This document shows positions 15,255 through 25,000 of a DNA stretch of 64,000 nt, piece by piece. The DNA is from Felis catus (taxonomy: Eukaryota). The stretch's first letter is position 1. Each line of letters opens with the position of its first letter. The stretch covers positions 18,912,001 to 18,976,000 of the forward strand of contig NC_058369.1 in NCBI RefSeq assembly GCF_018350175.1, in the 5' to 3' direction. Below the pieces are notes generated by a model. The model was not told where the DNA came from. It made no database searches and saw only the letters and a program-made list of their open reading frames with translations. The position numbers were made by a program, and so were the translations under genes.

Positions 15255-18200
15255 TCACAGATGGTACTTGTAGATGGCCCAAGGGCCTTCCTCCTCGTAC
15301 TCACGGCGGCTGAGCCACAGACTCTGGAAGGAGTCCCGGGATGCCATGATGGAGCCTCCAAGCCAAGCAGCAACAGCACGGTGGGGAGAGCCCAGCACAG
15401 TGGCTCGGGGGCCCAGCTCCTGACTTAGGCGCTCAGGAAAGCCATTCACCAGGGTGGTGCCACCTTCCAGCACCACATTGGCCAGCAGCTGCTCCTGCTG
15501 CTTGGCATCCAGCCGGCCAATGCTAAGGAGGGCTAGTTGTGGGAGGCCAGGCTGGTTGAGGCCTAGCAGATCGGGCTGGAAGAGGGCCTCAGGGCAGCAG
15601 AAACGCTCAGAGCCCAGTGTGATGACCTGCTTGTCTGGAAGCATGAAGTCCACTCGGGCCTGAGCCTGGGCACGGGCCATCTCAGCTGTCATGTCCGTGG
15701 CCACATAGCAGCAGGCCTCTTTAATCTGGTTGACCAACCCTGCCTTGGGTGGTGAGTGGCCACCTGCCAGCAATAGCTGAGCCAGGTATTCAGTGAGGTC
15801 AGCACCAGCCACGTCCAGCCGGTAGGTGTCGAGGGGGGCCAGATCCCCCGTAAGAATAGGCGCCACATAGGAGGTACCATGGCCACTGCCCAGCACCAGC
15901 CCAGTGGTGCGCCCGTAAGCATAGAGTGCCAGGAGGGCCTGATGCGCCGTCTGCATGGCTGGCACGTGGAAGCGCTCAAAGAGTATTTCAGCCACCTTTT
16001 CTCGGTTGGTGCGCGGTGAAATGGGTGAGTCAGCCACGAGGACAGCCAGCTCCTCCGGCCGCACGCCCAGCCTGCAATAAAACAAGTGCTGCCACAGCAC
16101 CTCCAATGCATCCCAGTCCGAGACCACTCCTCGATTCAGCACCGAACAGGAGCCCTCTTGGTCCTCGGGCACCACATACCGAGGCTCGTCCTGGGCTGGG
16201 TGCTGTAGCAGTTGGACACGTGAGGACACCACACTGAGGACGTGGTCCTCTCCAGCCAGTCCACATTTGGTGAAGCCCGTGCCTGTGTCAATCACCACAG
16301 CCACCATGTCCTGGTAGGGACCCAGTGAGTGGCGGCAGAGCACCGGGGACTGCACTGGCAGAGCATCCGTGGTGGGCACCAGTTCGTAGCAGGCCCCACG
16401 GAGCAGGCCAAGGTGTGCAACCACTGGTGAGAGCGTAATGTCCTCAGCCATCAGCTTGAACTGGGGACCCGGGGGGTCACTGCCCACCATAGCCACAGGC
16501 AAGACCTTGCAGCCAGTGCCAGGTGTAGATAATGTGACCAGGGAAAACTGTTCCTCTTGGGTCCCAGGGGAGCTGCCAGGTGGCCAGGATGAGAGCTGAT
16601 GTGTGCTGGAGCTTTGAGTGGCACCGACACCGACCTTTTCTCTACTCACGTAGACACGGGTCTCCTTAGGGGCCAGGGGCACCTGAAGTAGCCCTACGTG
16701 GGCCGGCAAGCCCAAGGGCTCTCCTTCCTGATGCAAGGTGGAGGCCTGGCCAGGTTCCCTGGGGATGGGGGTCCCTCCTGAGATGATGGGCTCTTTGGAA
16801 ATGGGGGGTTCTTGAGAAAAGGGATGCTTCCCGGTGAGAGAAAGCTGCCTGGCAAGAGGGGTTCCAGTGAGAGGGGGCTGACCAGGAAGGGGGAGCTGCT
16901 TGGTAGAAGGGGCTTGCTCAGCCAGGAGTGGCTGACCAGAAAGGGGGGTCTGCCTGGTGAGGGGGCACTGGTCGGCAGAGGGAGGCTGAGCAGTTGGAGG
17001 GGGCTGTCCAGCCAGGGGACACTGCTCAGCTAGTGGCGGCTGACCACTGAGGGAGGCCTGCCCAGCACCTTCTGCCCTAAGGTTGTCAGGGTGAGCAGTA
17101 AGGACCGCTTTCTGGTTGTGGTTGCCTGTATCCACCTGGAGTAGGGATCTGGACATCACCTGGGGTTTCGCTTGTGGCGTAGGCTCTGGGATCAGCTCTG
17201 AGTTCATCCACTGCAGTTTCTTGGGCTGGACCATGGAAGTGTCCTGCATCCTGGCTGTATTCAGCATCCAGATGGTGTGACTAGCTTCATTTTTTTCAGC
17301 ATCAGGTTTAGACCAGCCAGGCTCATGAACATGGCTCAATATCCTCTCACCAAATTGGAGGGGCGTCCCCAGTGGAATGGGCCCAGTGAACAGTCTGATG
17401 GGTGTCTCAGTACCAGGGGAGTCCCATGACTCCAAGTTGATACTCCCCTCCTTGGGAACCAGGGCCACCTCTCGATAGCTTCCCGACGAGAGGCTAGAGG
17501 GCACAGGGCTGGACAGTACGGGTGAAGTGGACCAGAATCTGGAACGATTGTTGTCAGGGGAAAGGATTGGCACGGGTAATGGTCGAGTGGACAACACATT
17601 TTCAGGGACATAGATGGATGGGTGGCTGGGCATGAGGCCCACGAGCACTGCCCGTGAACCCATGGGGTCATGGCACAGTAGCCCCATCCTGGTGTTGCCT
17701 GTGGCTATATCAAACACCAGCACACGGTCTTCCACAGCATCTGGGAGCTGGCAGGTAGGGGCACTGGAAGGGGGAATCTGTATGGCTTCCCTGGGAGACT
17801 GGACTGGGGACTGCTCGTGGCAGGATACTTGGTAGGCAGACGCTGGCACATTGGAGCAGGTATTGTTGCAAACATTGAGAGGCTGCTGGTCTGGCTGAGA
17901 GCTGCAGATCTCATGGCTACTCCTCTGGGACTTGGGGGGCCCTGGGAGTCCTGAGCCTGGTGTTGGGCTGCCTGGCCTGGAGGTGTAGACCAGGGGCTTC
18001 TCTGCTGGGTTCTCGGGCTGGTTGGGTAACACCTGCATTCTGGCAACCTCAAGCTCCTGGACATGGTCTGAGGACTCCTCTGGAGTGGGCGCTGGGGCAG
18101 AAGTCTCCTCCCGAAAATGAAAATCCACTTTGTCCTGGCAGGGTGTGACCACTTTGGAAGACTCCAAGACAACTGGCCATCGATTGCCACACTCCCTGAG

Positions 18201-19001
18201 CAGGAGGTCTTGGGACAGGCCATTGGTGATGGCAAGGGTATCTGTCGAGTGGTCAGGGTTGGAGGTGTAAGGTTCAGATACTGCTGGCATTAGGGCTGTA
18301 TCCACAGCTGAAGTATTTGCCTGAGATGGAGTTGGAGGAGCCTGGGCTGGACACGGGCACTTGCCCTGGCCCTGACCTTGAGTTGGAGCCAGAGGAGGAT
18401 CTTGGGCTACAACTGAGCCATCCTCCCCTGACAGGAAATAGGGTAGCCACCGGCTCTTTCTGCTGCCCACGGGGGCTCTCTGGTCAGGACTGCAAGGGCC
18501 TTTGCCCCAGCCTACCAGGACTTTAGCTGGAGCCTTGCCCTGCCCTGCAACCTGCACCTGAAGCCGGGAGCGGCAGAATCCATCCTGGGCCATGTCACTG
18601 GTGCTGTCACTGCGTGTGCACACGGGTAGGGCCAGGGTCCTGTTCTCCACGATGAGATGCGTTTGGGTTCCCACGATGGAGCTTGGAAACGGACTAGTAG
18701 AAGGGAGCCTCAGAGTATCTTGGGAGGCCTGCTCACAGCCATACTGGGAGCTAACCTCAGCAGGGTCCCGGTGTAGCTGGTGAATGGGCTCAGGGGCATG
18801 GGCCTGGGAGGCAGGGCCACAGGTCCCATCAATGATGGCCTCGGTGGACAATGACAACCCCTGCCTGAAGTATGCAGATCCCGAGTTTATCCATGGTCCC
18901 TGGGACCCTCTGAGGCCACCCCCCGGCTGCTGGCTGCTGGCCAAGGAGTGGTCTTGGGGGCCGGATGTATCAGGGCCCCCCACCTCCTTGGTGACTTCCA
19001 T
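15255..19001 (-). CDS. ACTL11: Actin-like protein 11, single exon, 1248 aa (C-terminal actin fold about residues 899-1248)
   Basis: Uninterrupted 3747-nt ORF with actin motifs VVIDTGTGFTKCG, NREKVAEILFERF, ALYAYGRTTGLV, LPDKQVITLGSERFCCPEALF, VLEGGTTL, AWLGGSIMAS, EYEEEGP; located between CAMKV and MST1R as recalled for Actl11/ACTL11P. Confidence 0.9.
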   Translation of the reverse strand: MEVTKEVGGPDTSGPQDHSLASSQQPGGGLRGSQGPWINSGSAYFRQGLSLSTEAIIDGTCGPASQAHAPEPIHQLHRDPAEVSSQYGCEQASQDTLRLPSTSPFPSSIVGTQTHLIVENRTLALPVCTRSDSTSDMAQDGFCRSRLQVQVAGQGKAPAKVLVGWGKGPCSPDQRAPVGSRKSRWLPYFLSGEDGSVVAQDPPLAPTQGQGQGKCPCPAQAPPTPSQANTSAVDTALMPAVSEPYTSNPDHSTDTLAITNGLSQDLLLRECGNRWPVVLESSKVVTPCQDKVDFHFREETSAPAPTPEESSDHVQELEVARMQVLPNQPENPAEKPLVYTSRPGSPTPGSGLPGPPKSQRSSHEICSSQPDQQPLNVCNNTCSNVPASAYQVSCHEQSPVQSPREAIQIPPSSAPTCQLPDAVEDRVLVFDIATGNTRMGLLCHDPMGSRAVLVGLMPSHPSIYVPENVLSTRPLPVPILSPDNNRSRFWSTSPVLSSPVPSSLSSGSYREVALVPKEGSINLESWDSPGTETPIRLFTGPIPLGTPLQFGERILSHVHEPGWSKPDAEKNEASHTIWMLNTARMQDTSMVQPKKLQWMNSELIPEPTPQAKPQVMSRSLLQVDTGNHNQKAVLTAHPDNLRAEGAGQASLSGQPPLAEQCPLAGQPPPTAQPPSADQCPLTRQTPLSGQPLLAEQAPSTKQLPLPGQPPLTGTPLARQLSLTGKHPFSQEPPISKEPIISGGTPIPREPGQASTLHQEGEPLGLPAHVGLLQVPLAPKETRVYVSREKVGVGATQSSSTHQLSSWPPGSSPGTQEEQFSLVTLSTPGTGCKVLPVAMVGSDPPGPQFKLMAEDITLSPVVAHLGLLRGACYELVPTTDALPVQSPVLCRHSLGPYQDMVAVVIDTGTGFTKCGLAGEDHVLSVVSSRVQLLQHPAQDEPRYVVPEDQEGSCSVLNRGVVSDWDALEVLWQHLFYCRLGVRPEELAVLVADSPISPRTNREKVAEILFERFHVPAMQTAHQALLALYAYGRTTGLVLGSGHGTSYVAPILTGDLAPLDTYRLDVAGADLTEYLAQLLLAGGHSPPKAGLVNQIKEACCYVATDMTAEMARAQAQARVDFMLPDKQVITLGSERFCCPEALFQPDLLGLNQPGLPQLALLSIGRLDAKQQEQLLANVVLEGGTTLVNGFPERLSQELGPRATVLGSPHRAVAAWLGGSIMASRDSFQSLWLSRREYEEEGPWAIYKYHL
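16749..17051 (-). repeat. Degenerate 18-bp / hexapeptide repeat within ACTL11
   Basis: LSGQPP LAEQCP LAGQPP PTAQPP SADQCP LTRQTP LSGQPL LAEQAP ... ISKEPI. Confidence 0.75.
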
Positions 19002-19039
19002 AGTCCTGCTCCATGCCCTAGGTGCCCTGCCCCCACTTC

Positions 19040-19053
19040 GTTGTCATGGCGAC
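19040..19053. promoter_or_regulatory. RFX X-box motif in ACTL11 proximal promoter
   Basis: GTTGTCATGGCGAC versus consensus GTTGCCATGGCAAC, about 40 bp upstream of the ATG. Confidence 0.6.
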
Positions 19054-22000
19054 CCCACACATCACAGCCCCCAGTGGGGGGGGGGCGGTGACAAAGTGTG
19101 GGAAACCAGGGGCCCCACCCCCCTGAGGAATGCGGCCTGCCCAGGGAACCTTGGGAAACAGAAAGGCTCAGGAACCTTAGTGAAGTTCACCAACCCTAGG
19201 CCAGCCTCCTCTCCCCTTACCAGCCAGGTGACTACTCTACCCAGGCCTGCCATAGAGTGAGGACAGTGCCCCTTGCGGCAGGGCCTAGGAGTGGCAGTGT
19301 AAAGCCAACAGAGAAAGATAGGCAGGGGAGACTCTGGATTCCTAGTGTACTTCAGATGCCAGACTTGGTTCTTTCTCCTCACTTCTCAGGTGTCAACTTG
19401 AGGCTTAATGCCTGACCCAGGGATGAGTTCCAAGTATGTGACTCAAGGGCCTTTGGTGGATCAAAGCCCCTTTACCACTCAGTCCTGGGAGACAGAAGAG
19501 GGTGAGGGGCCCAGCTCAGGCCCATGCTCCTCTCCCCCATGTTCCCTGGCTCCCACTCCAGGGACAGCAGCTCCTTGGCAGTCTTTCTGCTCCAGATGGT
19601 TCTCCTCTGCCTGTGCCTCACAGAGCCCCCTCCCCAGAGCCACATGTCTTTGAAGCCTAGAACCAGTCAGTATCCCACAGAGGTGACTATGGGAGCCACA
19701 GAGGTGGGGTGGGGCCTTTGTTCAGAATCCTCAAGTCAGAATGTTCTAGCTCTTGTCACATTGTGTCAACTTCTTCTTGGCCATGAGGGGGGCAGGGCAC
19801 TTGGCATAGGGCTAGGCCACAGTGGACACAAGGCCAGCCAAGTGGCAATTACAGAGGGGGCACAGTAGGGATACAGGGGACACAGGGCTGGCTACAGAGT
19901 GGAGGTGTGGTTGGTGCAGGACTGGGCATGCAGTGGGCACAGCTGTATATACAATGAGGACAAGCTGGATAAAGGACTGGACATAGGGTAGGCACATAGG
20001 AAATGTAAGCTATTAGACTGGGTGGGCACTTTCACCCTTCATTTCTTAAATGGGCAAACATAAGGCCGGGAGGGGTGGGACCTGCCAGGACCACCAGCAC
20101 CAGACGTGACCTACTGCGACACAAGACAGGCCTAGGCAGCAGTTTGGGGAACCACCTGTTAACCACAGGCCTAGTCTGGAGGTTCTGACCTGAGGCCGCG
20201 TCAGTTCTCCTGCCTCCTGCCAGCTGTCAGCTCTGAACCTCTTCCGTCTGGTCCCCAGGGCTATGTCCTTTCAGGCCTCAGTCTTTCTGCCCAGGAAACA
20301 GGTTTGTGGAGAATGCAGCTGTAGGCTCGTCCTCTGAAGCAGTGTTTTCACAAAGGTTAAAAATAGTACTTACAGTTGGCAGTGGGGTGTGAAACGATGT
20401 GACCGGGGACTAAGGCTAGCACTGTGCTGCATCCGCACCTTCTTGACGCAGCATGGGGCAAAGCCTGACTCAGCCACGTTCAGGCCCCCCAGGTCCCCTC
20501 CCCTCTCCCCAGATGCTGCCTTCAGTTAAGAATGGGGACAGATTTCTCTGAACACTACTGTGTCACCACACACTGTGGCCCAGGAAGGTGGCAGAGCCGA
20601 AGGGTCTGTGGCCTGCGTGTGTATACATGCACACGCACATACATGCTGAACACTATCAACTTCATTCATCTCTTGCCCTGAGCAAACTGCTTTTTCCCCA
20701 ACAACAGAGATGCTGGTAGCAGCCTCTGGCGCATGCGCAGGCCTTGAGCTGGGCTGAACCTGGGAGGGCTGGGGAGGCATGGAGGGAGGCCCTGAGAGCC
20801 ATCCCTCTTCTCCTGCAGAAGTGAGGCATAATCCTCCTTTCCAGGGCTGGGAGCTTTGTGAACAACTGACCTGGGGTTGTTCTCCTGAGGTAACCTGGGG
20901 AAGGGAGCAGAGCCAGCTGAAGGATGTGGGCCCATGAAGGAAGGCCCAAAGAAAGCAGTCCTGAGAGAGGAGAAAGCTCTTCCCCTCCTGGGAAGCAAAC
21001 ACCCCCTTATAGCAACAATAACGACGACTGATACCGATTGGGCTCTTCCTCCGAGCCAGGCGGTGCTGAATGCATGTAACCCAGCCTCATGATAATTTGA
21101 TGAGCCGGGCACTACCATCCCTATTTTACGAATGAAGAAATCAAGGCACAGAGAGGAGAAAGAATTCACAGAGGTCTTAGCTAATTAGTAGTAGAGCCAG
21201 AATCTGAAGCCAGACCACCAGGCTCTGGCCCACTTCAGAAATCTATGTACCACCGCTGGTTACCACGCCTAGGACTTGTACGCATGGACCCTGCTGGAAA
21301 GCAGTCAACATGCCTCCCTTCTGAGTGCAGCAGCCCCAAGCCCCCACCTAAGCTGTGTCCCACATGAACCTTCTCCTCCTCCCAATAGCTTAGCAGGTGG
21401 CTTAAGCCTGGGAGGACCATTTTCCCTAATGGCACCTCTAAGCCAGTAGCCTCCCAGGAGCCTGGCAGTGCTGAAGAGGGGCCAGCTACACACCCTGCTG
21501 AAGCAGGCTGAGTCCTTTGTACTCAGAATTCTGGGCTGGTCAAAGCCCAGTGCATTTCATCCAGGTAAAGGGAGGGGCAGCAGGGCAGCCAGAGAGGCTC
21601 CCAGGCTGGACCCCTTCTGCCCAGCCCCCAGGGTTCAGGCAGGGACATTGCCACTGTACCCCTCCCCCCTACATGTTTTTAAACAGTCTCTCCCCACGAA
21701 GAAGGGCATCCAATTCTATTTCTGATTCTGGAAAGTGAGGAGGGCCAACATGTTGCCATGGCAAACTAGAGAGCCCCTCTTCGAGGCTGAGCCCATTCCC
21801 CAGGCTGAAGGCTCTCTAGGATGGAGGGGCCAAGAAAGAACTGAAAGGAGCCTAGTCTGAGGGCAAGGCCATAACGAGTCTCCTCTGGAGGGCAGGTCCT
21901 GACATTACCTCTTCTCACACCTCACCTGACCCCCCTCTGGGCAGACTTTGGGGAAAAGGCCCCAACTCCCATGGACAGGGTCAGATTTCAGGAGATGGAG

Positions 22001-25000
22001 TCAGGACGCTCTGAGAAACCATTCTTTCTTGTGGATCAGGCTAGAACCCTCCCACCTAGGAGGTCTTGAGGGTGGAAGGCAGAAAGGGCACCAAGGGGAG
22101 AGGGAGGGTTTCAGGACTAGCCAGGTCTCCCAGACCTGATTCTCCAATGCAGATGTATTTTTGGCTTCTTTGTACTCTCAGGAAACAGCTCTGTCAAATC
22201 CTTGGCCCTGCTCTCCTCCAGTCTACCTGTCTTCCCCCTCCATGTGCCCAGGGAAGACTCTGGATATCGCCAGAAAATCTAGGATCAGAAGGAACCTTAG
22301 AGAGCTCCCAGTGGAGGCAACCACTTGGTAAATAGAGTAAAAAGCAAGGCGTGTTTCCTGAGAGATTTATGCCCACTGTCCAGGGTCTCATACTCCAGCC
22401 CTTCTGCCCCAGAGGGTGCAGCTAGGTAGCATTTAGACCTGTGAAGGGAGGGCATTCCACATAGGAGCACAGCCCAGGTACAGGAAGGCTTCAGAAAAGA
22501 CCTAAAAGGATGTTTTGACCCAACCCTCTCTGGGTAGTGATGGGAAACCGAGACCCCCACAAAGGAAGGAGGCATTCTTGGTCTCCTGGCTCCACAAACA
22601 GCTCCACAGTGCTTTCTCTGTATTTTCCTCTCCTGACTCTCTACTCTGGGCCTGTCCGAATGACCCATGAGCACTAACTTCCGGCTTCCCTGAAGTCTCT
22701 CCTGGCCAGAATTCACCCATTCCCTAGAGAGAGCCGACCCCTCCTCCTCCCTGGTCCCCATGCCTGACCCCAAAGGGAGACAGCCAAGGGTTCAGAGAAC
22801 AGCCCTAGGGGAACCAATGGTGGGGTGAGGGGTGATAATCTACTCCTAATCTGGGATGTGGAATGCAGATCCAAGAGTGCCGGGAGGATGTGGCTTTTGA
22901 GCTCTAAGGCACAGGGAAATTTAAATAACAGATGTTTAAACAACCTTCCCTGCAAGCCTCGGTGCAGTGACCCCTCTGCTGTAATGTGTTACAGTTTAAA
23001 AATAGCCCACAATGAACTGCTTGAGCTCCAATTGACTCAAGCTTACGTAACTCTGCGTGAAAGATGGCCAGCCGCACCAGCCTGGAGGGAGGGCAACGGC
23101 AGAGACACCCTGACTGCTTCGGGGCCAGGGCAAGCTCCTCACCGTCCCTGGGAGCAGCTCCCCAGCCAGGAGCCAGCATAGGTGGGGGCAGAGGAAGTGC
23201 TGCCAGAAGCATGCATAACTTCGTGACTATTGAGAAGAGACCTCCAACCACATCTGCAGAGGGGAGGTGAGATCTGCCCTCCCTCAGCGTCCTTGGAGAA
23301 CCCGGGCCCAGTGGAGGGTGGGGGGCAACTTAAAGAACAGATGGCTGGGTCAGAGCCCATGGGCAAGGAGCCATGTGGGAAGGGTGACTGGGGCTGCCCA
23401 AAGGATTCCTTTCCCCCTTTGAAGAGGGAGCTCCCCAGCTTGGAGGAAATGTCAGCATAATCGATGCCTGGCTGGAGCTGGCACTAGCACAGAGTCCAGG
23501 AGTGAAGCTGACTCCTTTGGGACCTTTGGGACCAGGCTGCACTGGTGGGACTTGTGACATGAGAAAGCGAGCACTGGCTTCCAAGCAGACCGAATCCTGT
23601 GCTCTTGGCTGCCGGCTGCTTTGAGTCCCCTGCCTTTCCTGATATGTTCCCAGATCCCAAGTGCCCAGTCCAAGACATTCCACAAGTGTGCAGGTGGCTA
23701 AACCAACCTAAAAAGGAATAGAGAGGAGAAAAGGCAAGGATGCCCCCGGCATTGAGAGCCTCTGGTGCTCCCTCTCCTGAGCAACTTCCCTCAGCTCCCA
23801 CCACCTGAGTTCAAAATAGGCACTACCGCGGGCCTTGCCTCTGAGCTTCCACTGAGCGACAGTGAGACTGGTGAGGGCTAAATATAAGGGCCTCCTGTCA
23901 GGACCCTCTGTCTGGGCTGTCAGGGCCACAAGTACCTCTGCTTTCCTGACAAGGTCAGGGCTGCCAGATGGGAGGAGCAGAAGTTGCAGGGGAATGAGTA
24001 GCAATGGTAGGGCAGACGCAGGTGCTGGGATCCTCATCCCACAAGAGGAGAGTGTGGTGGTGTTGCCTCCCTCTCCAGGCAGCACTGCCATCCCTGCTAG
24101 ACCTAGCATGAATATCCTGGAACTGGAGGCAGAAGATGTTCGGGGCACTGAGGGGATAGAGAACAAGATGCAGAGGCTGTCGGGGAGGCTCAGGAGCCGA
24201 GAGTTCCTATCAGAGACGGACTGATTGGGTGGGTGGGGAGCAGGATTCAGGAGAAACAGTCATTTTTAAGGGGGTCTGAGGATATCAGTGTGAGGTGGCT
24301 GGGATCCAGGTGCCACACCTATGTTCTGAGCTGGGTCAGGCAAGCTCTGCCAGCTGCTGGGCACCACCTGCCAAGTTTTGGGCCAAGGACTCCCACCAGG
24401 GGAGTACCAACTGTGAAGGCCATGCTCATGCTCCAGGTCACCATCCTCAAACCTGAAGAACCCAAGCCCAGCCAGGAGGCCACCTCAGTCAGATGTGAAT
24501 GTCACAGCTGCCCAGGATCTCCTGGCATCTACACTCATTGGGTTAGAAACTCTAGCTAGAGCAAACCCCAAAGGAGTAGCAGGAGAGAACGAGGCTCAGC
24601 AGGCCCCTGTGCCAGATGGGGAACACCGGGGGCCCTTCACAGAGTCATCCCCACTCCTCTGGGCTGGCGTAGCCCCACCTCTCGGCTAGGACCCTCATCT
24701 GGGCAGAGCAGAGGCTCTGAGTGAAGAGACGCTCAGTTCCTGGGGACTTCACAGAGGGGAGTTTTCCAACGCCGAATGGAGTAAAAGGTGTTTCTCGTTA
24801 GGGCCTGGTAGATAAGGCTCAGTGCTCAGCTACTGATTCCTGGGACTGCTTCTCCCCAGGCAGAGGCAGTGAGTGTAAGATGCAGCCTGGGCCTCTTGGA
24901 GCCTCAGACACTCCCAGGAGTGCCCATGTTTCCCCCGACCCACTCTACAGGTAAAGGGAGTTAATTTCTGAAGTAGGTGGAGCTCTGGCCTCATGAGCTG

